From the NCBI GenBank assembly GCA_019637755.1, contig JAHBVC010000001.1, positions 770,480-834,479 of the forward strand: 64,000 nucleotides of DNA. Reading direction: 5' to 3'. The notes beneath the pieces were generated by a model. The model ran no database searches and had not been told where the DNA came from. It worked only from the letters and a program-made list of their open reading frames with translations. Shown in pieces: positions 33,380 through 41,811 of the stretch. The DNA is from Anaerolineales bacterium. Lineage in GTDB: Bacteria; Chloroflexota; Anaerolineae; Anaerolineales; UBA11579. Each line of letters opens with the position of its first letter. Position 1 is the stretch's first letter. The position numbers and the translations under genes were made by a program.

Positions 33380-34552
33380 CTAAACAGTTTTTAAGACGTG
33401 CGTCACGGCGGTGGATGCCGGGCCGCCCAGGCTCTGTACCAGGGCAGTCTTGGCGCCAGCGATCTGCGCCCCACCCGCCTGGCCGCGCAGTTGCAGCGCA
33501 GCCTCGGCCGCCTGGTAGGCGCCCGTGGCGCCGCCGGGGAAGCCGCGCGCTTTCAGGCCGCCCAGGGTGGTAATGGGCATCTCGCCAGTCAGCGAGATGG
33601 CGCCGTTCTGGGCCAGCTTCCAGCCTTCGCCGCGGGCAGCCAGGCCAGCAGCTTCCAGCGTGAGGGCACTATAGATGGAAAAGGCATCGAAGAGCTCGAA
33701 GAAATCAGCATCCTTAGGCAGAATGCCCGCCTGGGCGCAAGCACGTTCGATGGAGAGGCGTGCGGCGTTGAAGATGAGCGGATCGGGGCGGTCATGCAGC
33801 GCTAGCGTGTCAGTGACCGCGCTGGAGCCGGTGATCTCGACCAGAGGGTGCGAAAACTTGGGCGGCAACAGCTCACGGCGGGTGAGGATGAGCGCCGCAG
33901 CGCCATCCGCATTGGGAGCAACGTCAAACAGGTTGAGCGGCGCGCTGACCAGGCCCGCCTTGGCATACGTCTCGGGCTTGATGGCTTTGCGGAACATGGC
34001 ATTGGGGTTATGCGCGCCGTTGGCATGCGCGGTAACCGCGAACCCAGCCAGCGCGTGCTCAGGCACTTTATGCTCGTAGACGTAGCGTTGCGCCAGCATG
34101 GCGGCTTGCGCGGTCAGGGTCATGCCCTGCTCCGCTTCGTAGTCCGTATCCGAGCTCATCGCCAGGGCGGCTTCGACCTCGGCGGGCACTTGCTCGCTGA
34201 GCTTCTCGACGCCCAGCACCATGGCGAAATCCACCATGCCGCTGGAGACGGCCATTGTGCCGGCGCGCAGCGCCATGGCGGCTGAGGCGCCGGCGGCTTC
34301 CACCGTGGCGGCTTCGATACCGGTCAGGCCGGCAAAATCAGCCAGCAAGGTGGCCAGCTGGGTCTGCTTGGAAAGCTGGCCAGCCAGCATGTTGCCCACG
34401 TACAGCGCCGTAGGGCGCAGGCCGTCAGCATCCTGCATGGCGGCCTCCATTGCGTGAAAGGCCAACTCACGCAGCGAAGTGTCCCAGTGTTCGTTGACGG
34501 GCGTCTGCCCGATACCTGCGATGATTACGTTCGTCATAAATTCCTTAGTCAA
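33380..34552 (-). CDS. Archaeal-type thiolase (acetyl-CoA C-acetyltransferase, thiolase-domain protein)
   Basis: 390 aa. VIIAGIGQTPVNEHWDTSLRELAFHAMEAAMQDAG is the N-terminal region, and the C-terminal thiolase region is GGLKARGFPGGATGAYQ. Confidence 0.88.
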   Translation of the reverse strand: MTKEFMTNVIIAGIGQTPVNEHWDTSLRELAFHAMEAAMQDADGLRPTALYVGNMLAGQLSKQTQLATLLADFAGLTGIEAATVEAAGASAAMALRAGTMAVSSGMVDFAMVLGVEKLSEQVPAEVEAALAMSSDTDYEAEQGMTLTAQAAMLAQRYVYEHKVPEHALAGFAVTAHANGAHNPNAMFRKAIKPETYAKAGLVSAPLNLFDVAPNADGAAALILTRRELLPPKFSHPLVEITGSSAVTDTLALHDRPDPLIFNAARLSIERACAQAGILPKDADFFELFDAFSIYSALTLEAAGLAARGEGWKLAQNGAISLTGEMPITTLGGLKARGFPGGATGAYQAAEAALQLRGQAGGAQIAGAKTALVQSLGGPASTAVTHVLKTV

Positions 34553-34609
34553 AAGCAGTCGGTTAGTCCATTAGTCGACTAGTTGACCAAGCAACTAGTC
34601 AACTATCGA

Positions 34610-35704
34610 TTACTTCATCGCCAACTTGCCGCGCATGCGTACGTAAGCGGCATAGTCGATCTCGGTGCGGCGTTGGATGTACTGCTCAGTGGTGGGCGCT
34701 AACTGCGGCTTGCCCGCAATCTTGTCGGTCACGCGCAGCACCATCGCGTCTGAGCCGGCGCCAGAGCCGAAGGAAACCAGCATGATGCGGTCACCCGGCT
34801 TGGCAATATCCAGAATGGCGGTAAGGCCGATGATGGCCGCGCCGGAATAGGTGTTGCCGATGCGCGGCACGAGCAGGCCGGTTTGAATTTGCTCGGGCGT
34901 GAAGCCCAGCATCTGCCCGGCGCGCTGGGGGAACTTGGCGTTGGGCTGGTGGAACACGGCGAAGGTGTAATCCTCCGGCTTGGTGCCGGTGGCCTCGAAC
35001 ATGGCTTGGCCCGCGGTGGTGATGTGCTTGAAATAGGCCGGCTCACCAGTGAAACGCTGCCCATGCTCTGGGTACTTGGCGTACTGGCGACGCCAAAAAT
35101 CGGGCGTGTCGGTGACGAAAGAGTAAGTGCACTCGATCTCGGCCACGGATTCTTCGGCCGGGCCAATGATGAAGGCGGCCCCACCCGCCCCGGCGGTGTA
35201 TTCGAGGGCGTCGCCTGGGCGGCCCTGGGCGGTGTCCATGCCAATGGCCATGGCGTAGCGCGCCATGCGCGAGCCTACGAAGCCCATCGCCGCTACCATC
35301 GCCTCGGTGCCGGCTTTGCAGGCAAATTCCCAATCGGCCGCCTGGATGCTGGTGGAGGCGCCGATGGCCTCGGCCACTAGCGTGGAGCTGGGCTTGACGG
35401 CATAGGGGTGCGACTCAGAGCCCACCCAGATAGCACGCAGGTCTTTGACCGGCACCTGGGCACGCGCAACCGCGTTGCGCGCCGCTTCGATAGACATCGT
35501 GATGACGTCTTCATCCAACCCCGGCACGGATTTTTCAACGATAGGCAACCCCGCAGTGCCGTCCGTCCAGACGCGCGCTACTTCTTTGGCGGGCAGGCGG
35601 TAGCGCGGCACATAAGCACCATAACCTACGATGCCAACGGCATGTTCCGGCTTGAGCAGCCGGGCGGTTTCGTGTTCGTGGATATGCTCTGTCATTGCGA
35701 CCAT
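34610..35704 (-). CDS. HMG-CoA synthase, short archaeal type
   Basis: 364 aa. [24 protein letters not shown] and [15 protein letters not shown] (catalytic Cys context) are present. The start overlaps the HMGR stop by 13 nt. Confidence 0.88.
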   Translation of the reverse strand: MVAMTEHIHEHETARLLKPEHAVGIVGYGAYVPRYRLPAKEVARVWTDGTAGLPIVEKSVPGLDEDVITMSIEAARNAVARAQVPVKDLRAIWVGSESHPYAVKPSSTLVAEAIGASTSIQAADWEFACKAGTEAMVAAMGFVGSRMARYAMAIGMDTAQGRPGDALEYTAGAGGAAFIIGPAEESVAEIECTYSFVTDTPDFWRRQYAKYPEHGQRFTGEPAYFKHITTAGQAMFEATGTKPEDYTFAVFHQPNAKFPQRAGQMLGFTPEQIQTGLLVPRIGNTYSGAAIIGLTAILDIAKPGDRIMLVSFGSGAGSDAMVLRVTDKIAGKPQLAPTTEQYIQRRTEIDYAAYVRMRGKLAMK

Positions 35705-36984
35705 TCCTTCAATAGTTCTTCGGCGCGGTCTACGCGCACGGTCTTTTCTGCTACTAACTGAGCGGCCAGCTTCTCGACCATTTCGCCATGCGCCCCAGCG
35801 GCAATCGCCACCTGGCGGGCGTGCAGACCCATGTGACCGCGCTGGATGCCCTCGGTGGCGAGGGCGCGCAAGGCGGCCAGGTTCTGCGCCAAGCCAACGG
35901 CAGTGATGATCTCGGCAAGCTGCGCGGCGCTGGTCACGCCCATCAGCTTGAGGGCGGCCTGGGCGGTGGGGTGCACTTTGGTGGCCCCGCCGACGATACC
36001 GACTGCCATCGGCAGCTCCAGGCTGCCGACCAGATCACCCTCGGGCGATACGCCCCAGGTGCTAAGCGAGGTATAGCGGCCATCACGCGCCGCATAAGCA
36101 TGCGCGCCCGCTTCCACGGCGCGCCAGTCATTGCCGGTGGCGATGACCACGGCGTCAATACCGTTCATGATGCCTTTGTTGTGCGTAGCGGCGCGGTACG
36201 GGTCGGCCGCGGCGAAGGCCCAGGCTTCCACGATGCCATCGCGTACCTGCTCGGTGCTGAAATCGCCAAAGGCGAGCTCACTGCGTTTGATGGTGCAAGC
36301 GGCGCGCGCCAGGCGGCGGTCGGCCAGGTTGCTGAGAATGCGCAGGTGCACGCGGCCGCCGCTGAGCGCTTCAATGCGCGGCGCGAGGCGCTCGCAGGCG
36401 GTGTTGATGGCATTGGCGCCCATCGCATCGCGCACATCGTAGATGAGGTGCAGCACCAGGAAGGGGCCAATGGGCGAATCGTCAATGCGGCGGATGACCA
36501 GCTCGCGCGGGCCGCCGCCCAGCTTGAGGAGGATCGGGTCGATCTGCGCCGCCTCGGCCAGCAGGTCGGGTGTGGAGGCCTGCAGGGCGGCGGCCGCCGC
36601 ATCCAAATCGGCCACATCCAGCAGCTGCATCTGGCCGATCATGAGCGGCGCGTCTGTGCTGGCGGTGAAACCGCCAGCAGCGCGGGCCAGCTTGGCCATG
36701 AAGGATGCGCCGGCTACGACGGAAGGCTCTTCAACGGCCATCGGTACCAGCACCTCACGGCCGTTGACCATGAAGTTGAGCCCCAGCCCCAGCGGCAGGC
36801 TATGCACGCCGATGGCATTCTCCACCATGTGGTCAGCCGCCTCGGCGTGAATGCCGCCCTGTGCCAGGGCGCCGAGCTGCTCCTCGGAGAGGATGCCAAG
36901 CGCCCGCAGGCGCTGGTGGCGCTCTTCTATAGACAGGTCGTAAAAACCGGGAATGCGAGAGGTGTTTTCAATTGGCGAATTCAT
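35692..36984 (-). CDS. HMG-CoA reductase, class II (bacterial/'degradative'-type fold)
   Basis: 430 aa. [46 protein letters not shown] closely parallels the class II MvaA motif region. [10 protein letters not shown] is also present. Confidence 0.88.
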   Translation of the reverse strand: MNSPIENTSRIPGFYDLSIEERHQRLRALGILSEEQLGALAQGGIHAEAADHMVENAIGVHSLPLGLGLNFMVNGREVLVPMAVEEPSVVAGASFMAKLARAAGGFTASTDAPLMIGQMQLLDVADLDAAAAALQASTPDLLAEAAQIDPILLKLGGGPRELVIRRIDDSPIGPFLVLHLIYDVRDAMGANAINTACERLAPRIEALSGGRVHLRILSNLADRRLARAACTIKRSELAFGDFSTEQVRDGIVEAWAFAAADPYRAATHNKGIMNGIDAVVIATGNDWRAVEAGAHAYAARDGRYTSLSTWGVSPEGDLVGSLELPMAVGIVGGATKVHPTAQAALKLMGVTSAAQLAEIITAVGLAQNLAALRALATEGIQRGHMGLHARQVAIAAGAHGEMVEKLAAQLVAEKTVRVDRAEELLKEWSQ

Positions 36985-37084
36985 ACACCCTAATTAATAC
37001 GTAGGTCTACTTGCAAAAGCTATCAAGTAAAAAACAGGCCGAAAATTCGCTGCTCTGCAACAATCCTGCCTCAGGAGACAACGC

Positions 37085-38023
37085 ATGAAATCCATCAACG
37101 GCTTTTCCCTTGTACTGGTAAGCGTGTGTGTTCTGTTATTGGCCGCCTGCGGAATGGCGCCCGGGGGCGGAGCGCCTACCCCCACCGCCCTGGCCGGCGG
37201 AACAGGCAGTGAGGCTGAAGCCGCCACCGGCAGCGAGGCCGGCAGCGAAGCTGAGGCTGGCGGCGCGGCGGGCAGCAGTGACGGGCTCACCGGCCTGAGC
37301 ATCCCGCTGGTGGCGCCTGCCCCCAGCGGCGCGGTGCAAGCGGAGCCTGCAAACAATGCCGCCCACGGCTCTGCTGTGCTGGTGATCAACGGCGATCTGC
37401 CCATCACCCACACGGGTGGTGATTGCGACATGATTGGCGATGAAACCTACTTGACCATTCCTCCAGGGGCAATCCCGGGAGCCAGCTTGGTAATCTTCCC
37501 GGGCAGCGGCACGACTCGCCAGGGCACTCTGGTGTGGGCCACCAGCGGGCGACCACAGGACAATGCCGGCGTTTCGGCTGAGAACCCACTGATCATCACG
37601 CTAAACGAAGACGGTTTCTCTGGCAGTTTTGAGGGGCTGGCCTACCGCGTGGGTGGCACGGGTGGCGTGGCCACCGAGATCGCAGTGAGCGGCAACTTCA
37701 CGTGCATTTCCCATTTGATGCGCGTGGGCGGCGCCCACCCGGTGGACCTTACTGGCGTGGAGTGCAGCGCCGACCCGTTCACGCTGCGCGTAGGCAATCC
37801 GGGCAGCGACGCGGCCCTGCTGATCGCCTAGGATGGCGCAACGGCGGGCTCTACGGTTGAAGGCGGCCTATCCTGGCGAGTTGGCGGAGTGAACTACACG
37901 ACTAACTGGCTGGTCTTGCGCATCAACGCAGATGGCTTCTCAGGCTCCTACTTTGGTGAAGGCGTCGGCCCAGACGGCACGGCTTTCCCGGTAGATGGCG
38001 CGTTCAACTGCCTGGGTGGCTAG
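37085..38023 (+). pseudogene. Secreted lipoprotein of unknown family (paralogue A), interrupted by a single in-frame TAG at 37829-37831; the intact ORF is 37085-37831
   Basis: Lipobox VLLLAACGM. After the TAG the same frame stays open for 63 more codons (DGATAGSTVEGGLSWRVGGVNYTTNWLVLRINADGFSGSYFGEGVGPDGTAFPVDGAFNCLGG*). This aligns residue-for-residue with the C-terminus of paralogue B. Confidence 0.6.
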
Positions 38024-38072
38024 AAGGAAATTGAAGTCTAATAGGCATACACGCCACTATTGGGAGAGCGAA

Positions 38073-39026
38073 ATGCATTTCACAAAGCTATTATCTAAAA
38101 ACGGAGTGATTGCCATCCTGCTGGCGCTGCTGCTGGCAGGCTGCGGAGCTGGGAGCGTTGCGCCAACCGCCACCCCCACCTTGCCCAGCGGCGGCGGAAG
38201 TGAGGGCAGCGCAACCGGTGGAGAGACAGCCAGTGGCGGCGTGGATGCGGCCACTGGATTGGGCGCACCTGCGTTCGGCACGGCCCCCAGCGGGGTGGCT
38301 GCGCCGGCCAGCCGGCCCAGCGGTGCGGCGCCTAGCGAAGCCCTGGCGGAGAACACCGCCACCATTGCCATCTCCGGCGGGCTACCACTGACGGTGACTG
38401 GCGGGTCGTGCTCCACGCTGGAGGGCGAGACGTATATCAGCGCTCCGCCTGTCTTTGATGCGCCGCCTCCGTATGCCTCGCTGGTCATCTACGCGGCTTC
38501 AGACGAGGGCAACTTGCGCGGCGGCTATCTTGTATGGGCATCCAGCGATGCGGCAACGGACAGCGCGCTGGTATCAACCCAGGACTTGTTCGTGATCACG
38601 CTCAATGATGACCATTTTTCCGGTCGTTTCGACGGCACGGCCCATCGCGTGGTGGAAGGTGTGCCAGTGCAGGAAGTCATCGAAGTCCACGGAGTGTTCA
38701 ATTGCATCGCAGGCTTGCTGCGCGTGTACGGCGAGCATCCGGTGGATATGACTGGCTCACAATGCGAAACTGTTCCACAGATCGTCATCAGCAGTGGGCG
38801 CAGCGGCGAGAATGCCGCTCTGTTCACTGTAGAACCTGGCGCATCGCCCGGCAGTGTGGCTCGGGGCGGCTTGAGCTGGCGCGTGGGCGGCGTGGAGTAC
38901 GGCACCAACTGGCTCAACGTCACCATCAACCCAGACCAACTGTCGGGCTCCTACTATGGCGAAGGTCGCCGCCCGGATGGCAGCACTTTCCCGATCCAAG
39001 GCGCGTTCAACTGCCTGGGCATGTAA
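38073..39026 (+). CDS. Secreted lipoprotein of unknown family (paralogue B)
   Basis: The start is at ATG 38073 behind GGGAGAG, giving MHFTKLLSKNGVIAILLALLLAGCGAG. The upstream part of track ORF 37995 overlaps the tail of paralogue A. It is colinear with paralogue A along its whole length. Confidence 0.75.
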   Translation: MHFTKLLSKNGVIAILLALLLAGCGAGSVAPTATPTLPSGGGSEGSATGGETASGGVDAATGLGAPAFGTAPSGVAAPASRPSGAAPSEALAENTATIAISGGLPLTVTGGSCSTLEGETYISAPPVFDAPPPYASLVIYAASDEGNLRGGYLVWASSDAATDSALVSTQDLFVITLNDDHFSGRFDGTAHRVVEGVPVQEVIEVHGVFNCIAGLLRVYGEHPVDMTGSQCETVPQIVISSGRSGENAALFTVEPGASPGSVARGGLSWRVGGVEYGTNWLNVTINPDQLSGSYYGEGRRPDGSTFPIQGAFNCLGM

Positions 39027-39039
39027 GCACACAACAGAT

Positions 39040-39076
39040 AAAAAACGCTGGCCGAACGGCCAGCGTTTTTTATTTT
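39040..39076 (+). terminator. Rho-independent terminator after paralogue B
   Basis: aaaaaacgctggcc-gaac-ggccagcgt followed by tttttatttt. Confidence 0.85.
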
Positions 39077-39090
39077 GCCGTACGGCCCCG

Positions 39091-39096
39091 TATAAT
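39091..39096 (+). promoter_or_regulatory. TATAAT -10 box 6 nt upstream of the methyltransferase ATG (possible leaderless mRNA)
   Basis: The sequence is tataat-cagcgc-ATG (ATG at 39103), with no Shine-Dalgarno in between. Confidence 0.4.
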
Positions 39097-39102
39097 CAGC
39101 GC

Positions 39103-39888
39103 ATGAGCGCCATCACCAGCCGCACGAACCCCAAAGTGAAACTTGCCCGCAGCCTGCATGAGCGCAAGGCGCGCCAGGAAAGCGGCTTGTTTTTGGTCGA
39201 GGGGGTGTTTCATATCGGCGCTGCGTTGGAGGCGAGCGCAGGACTGCAGTTGGCGCTGTATGCTCCCAGCCTGCTGCGCGGCGAGTTTGCCCAGGGGCTG
39301 CCACAGCGGCTGCAGCAGGTAGGGGTGGAAACGCTGGAGGCCAGCGCCGAAATTATGGCCAGCCTGAGCGAGAAGGACAACCCGCAGGGCATTCTGGCCG
39401 TAGCGCGGCAGCAGGCGGTGAGCCTTGCCAGCCTGCCCGTAGACGCGGCGGCCGTATACCTGGCCGCGGTGGCGCCGCAGGACCCAGGCAACCTGGGTAG
39501 CCTGTTGCGCACGCTCGACGCGGCTGGCGGCACCGGGTTGCTATTGCTTGACGGCGGCACCGACCCGTGGCATCCGCAGGCTGTGCGGGCCGGCATGGGG
39601 GCGCACTTTACCAAGCCTGTGGTGCAGGCGAGTTTTGCAGATCTTGTTGTATGGGCGGCCGCCGAGGGCGTTTTGATCTACGGCAGCTCGGCCAAAGCTG
39701 CGCAGGACTTCCGCCAGGCGGCCTACCAGCGCCCAGCAGCGCTGCTGCTGGGCAGCGAGCGCGAGGGGCTGAGCCCCGAGCAACTGGCGGCCTGCACGCA
39801 GGTGGTGAGCCTGCCGATGCGCGGGCGGGTGACCTCGCTCAACCTGTCAGTCGCTGCGGGGATTTGGCTGTATCACGTCCTGCGCTAA
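39103..39888 (+). CDS. SpoU/TrmH family RNA 2'-O-methyltransferase
   Basis: The N-terminus is MSAITSRTNPKVKLARSLHERKARQESGLFLVEG. The SPOUT motifs are DPGNLGSLLRTLDAAG, LLLGSEREGLS and LPMRGRVTSLNLSVAAGIWLY. The upstream part of track ORF 38956 overlaps the previous gene and its terminator. Confidence 0.85.
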   Translation: MSAITSRTNPKVKLARSLHERKARQESGLFLVEGVFHIGAALEASAGLQLALYAPSLLRGEFAQGLPQRLQQVGVETLEASAEIMASLSEKDNPQGILAVARQQAVSLASLPVDAAAVYLAAVAPQDPGNLGSLLRTLDAAGGTGLLLLDGGTDPWHPQAVRAGMGAHFTKPVVQASFADLVVWAAAEGVLIYGSSAKAAQDFRQAAYQRPAALLLGSEREGLSPEQLAACTQVVSLPMRGRVTSLNLSVAAGIWLYHVLR

Positions 39889-39894
39889 CCGCGC

Positions 39895-40293
39895 TCAGGC
39901 TTTCGGGAATGTGAACGAGGCATAGTCTTTGCCCTGCTTCTTATACTGAGCAATCGCCTCGGCCACTTGCGGATTGGTACTCATGGCGTCTTCCAACCCT
40001 TTGGAATCCCAGGTAACGCGGCCAGCATAGAAAGACGCCTTCATGCCGTCTACGGCCACATTGCTGCGTGCCGAGACCACCGCGTCTTTGATCTTCTCTT
40101 CCAGCTCGGCGAGTGCCGCCTCGGCTTGCTCACCCTTGCCGGCAAACTCCGCTTCGATCTCTTCTACGCGCTGGCGCACTTCGGGCGGCATAGCCTCTTG
40201 CACGAGCTTGCGTTTATCTGCTTCCAAGTTTGCAGCTTGCGTCTTGAGCTCAAGGTACTGTGTCATCAGCGCGGCAATGTCTTGATTTTCCAT
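39895..40293 (-). CDS. Small coiled-coil protein of unknown function
   Basis: The start is at ATG (complement of 40291-40293) behind AGGAGG, giving MENQDIAALMTQYLELKTQAANLEADKRKLVQEAMPPEVRQRVEEIEAEF. The gene lies 8 nt downstream of the preceding lipoprotein gene. Confidence 0.6.
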   Translation of the reverse strand: MENQDIAALMTQYLELKTQAANLEADKRKLVQEAMPPEVRQRVEEIEAEFAGKGEQAEAALAELEEKIKDAVVSARSNVAVDGMKASFYAGRVTWDSKGLEDAMSTNPQVAEAIAQYKKQGKDYASFTFPKA

Positions 40294-40301
40294 ACAGCCT
40301 C

Positions 40302-41720
40302 CTAGGGGTTGCCCCAAATACGATACGAGTCGGTCATGCACTTGCTAGTGTCATGCAGCCCATCCAGACATACCTGGTAGATCACCAGGTCCTGATTCTG
40401 ACCCTGCACCGGCGGGATGTTGAGCAGCGTCTGCCCGTTGCCATCGGTGAGCGGGAAGATGTACTCCACCGTCTCACCGCTGGGCAGCGTGAGTGTGAGA
40501 TAGGGCTGTAAGCCCTGCAACAGTTGGCCATTGGCGTGCAGGCTGGCGTAGATGGTCTGCCCTTCGGTGGAGGAGACTTGGGCACGCGCCTCCCACACCT
40601 CGATACGGATCTGGTCAAAGGCTTCTTGCACCAAGGGTGAGGGCTGCGCGTAGAAGCGCGTATTGTATTCGGCGCCCAGTGGCAGCACGTTGACCTGGCC
40701 GCCCTGGTATTGCAAGCAGGCGTTGACAAAGCACTGGCTGGCACCGCCGCTTACCGCTTGTAGCTCTTGGATAGGCACGCCGAAAAGCTCATAGCCGCCA
40801 GACTGGCGGATGTAGTCATCGAACAAGCTCAGCACGTTGTAGCCAAAGGCGCCATCGAGTGCATAGAAGACCACATTGGGATTATTGAGCTGGGTGGTGC
40901 GCGGCTCAGGCAGGATGCTGAGCAGCGCGGTAAGCGAGCGCGGCAGCACGGTCTGCGGCTGGCCGGTGGCGGTGTACAGCACTAAATTCTGGTAGATCAC
41001 TTCGATGCTGCCATCGGCCAGTTGGTATGGCCCAGCCAGCCGCGGCCCGAGCACGGCCGGGTTAAGCGCAGCGGCCACGCTGGCGAAGGGCTCGCCGTAG
41101 GTCAGCTCCGTTTGCACAACGGCCGGGCCGCTGGCCGGCGCGGCGCAGCTCTGGCCGCACACCTGGCGGCCGTAGTCCATCAGCCGCGCTACGGGCTGGG
41201 GATCCTCCAAGTTCATGTAGAAGCCCAGGTTCTCGAAGTACTGCTCAACGCGCCCCTGCTCCTCGATGTAACGCATGCCGGTGAGCGGGCGGCCCACATA
41301 GCGCCCACCGCCCAGTTGCTGGTAGAGTTGCTCAAAGCCTGAGTAGATGATGTAGCCATCCACGAACAGCGCACCCTGCAGGTTGCCATCCGGCAGTGGC
41401 GCATCCCATTGGCCCAGCTGCTGGCCTAGCGGGGCGAGACTGACGCGTTCGCTGGCCGACAGAGCCGGGTCGTAGACCATCAGCCCGGCTTCGATGTACT
41501 GCTTCTGGATGTTGCCCTCAACGATGCCGGGCGAAAGGATGGCGCCCGCTTGCTGCGGCCCGCCAAGGAAGGCATAGAAATCTGCAAAGACCGGCTCAAG
41601 CGTGTACGGGCTGGGGGTGGTTTGTGCCACGGCGCGTGTGCCCGAGCAGGCTGCCAACAACAACCCCATAACAAGCCACAGATAAAAGAATACGCGCCGG
41701 TGCATTTTGAGAGAGTACAA
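40302..41720 (-). CDS. Secreted lipoprotein with about four LGFP-like repeat modules and a C-terminal beta-rich domain
   Basis: Lipobox LLLAACSG. The pattern F..FY..LGG....G.P......G...QYFE.. recurs (FADFYAFLGGPQQAG..QKQYIEAGLMVY, FEQLYQQLGGGRYVGRPL..VEQYFENLGFYM, and others). Confidence 0.65.
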   Translation of the reverse strand: MYSLKMHRRVFFYLWLVMGLLLAACSGTRAVAQTTPSPYTLEPVFADFYAFLGGPQQAGAILSPGIVEGNIQKQYIEAGLMVYDPALSASERVSLAPLGQQLGQWDAPLPDGNLQGALFVDGYIIYSGFEQLYQQLGGGRYVGRPLTGMRYIEEQGRVEQYFENLGFYMNLEDPQPVARLMDYGRQVCGQSCAAPASGPAVVQTELTYGEPFASVAAALNPAVLGPRLAGPYQLADGSIEVIYQNLVLYTATGQPQTVLPRSLTALLSILPEPRTTQLNNPNVVFYALDGAFGYNVLSLFDDYIRQSGGYELFGVPIQELQAVSGGASQCFVNACLQYQGGQVNVLPLGAEYNTRFYAQPSPLVQEAFDQIRIEVWEARAQVSSTEGQTIYASLHANGQLLQGLQPYLTLTLPSGETVEYIFPLTDGNGQTLLNIPPVQGQNQDLVIYQVCLDGLHDTSKCMTDSYRIWGNP

Positions 41721-41751
41721 ATGATTTTAACATGCCGATACTTTTCGCCCT

Positions 41752-41781
41752 TTGCGAGCGCACGGGCGAAAGTAATATAAT
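41752..41781 (+). promoter_or_regulatory. Candidate promoter for the homogentisate operon, overlapped by an inverted repeat
   Basis: TTGCGA (41752-41757), 18-nt spacer, TATAAT (41776-41781). The 7-bp inverted repeat ttcgccc/gggcgaa (41744-41750 / 41764-41770) brackets the -35 box. Confidence 0.45.
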
Positions 41782-41811
41782 GAAACAAACCCCTACGTAC
41801 AGGAGTGGCCC

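Noticed and set aside
37995-38072. Upstream extension of paralogue B (MARSTAWVARRKLKSNRHTRHYWESE).
   Set aside because: It overlaps the conserved tail frame of paralogue A. The ATG at 38073 has a GGGAGAG RBS and gives a proper lipoprotein signal peptide.
38956-39102. Upstream extension of the TrmH-family ORF.
   Set aside because: It would run through the end of the previous gene and its strong terminator (39040-39076). MSAITSRTNPKVK is a typical family N-terminus.
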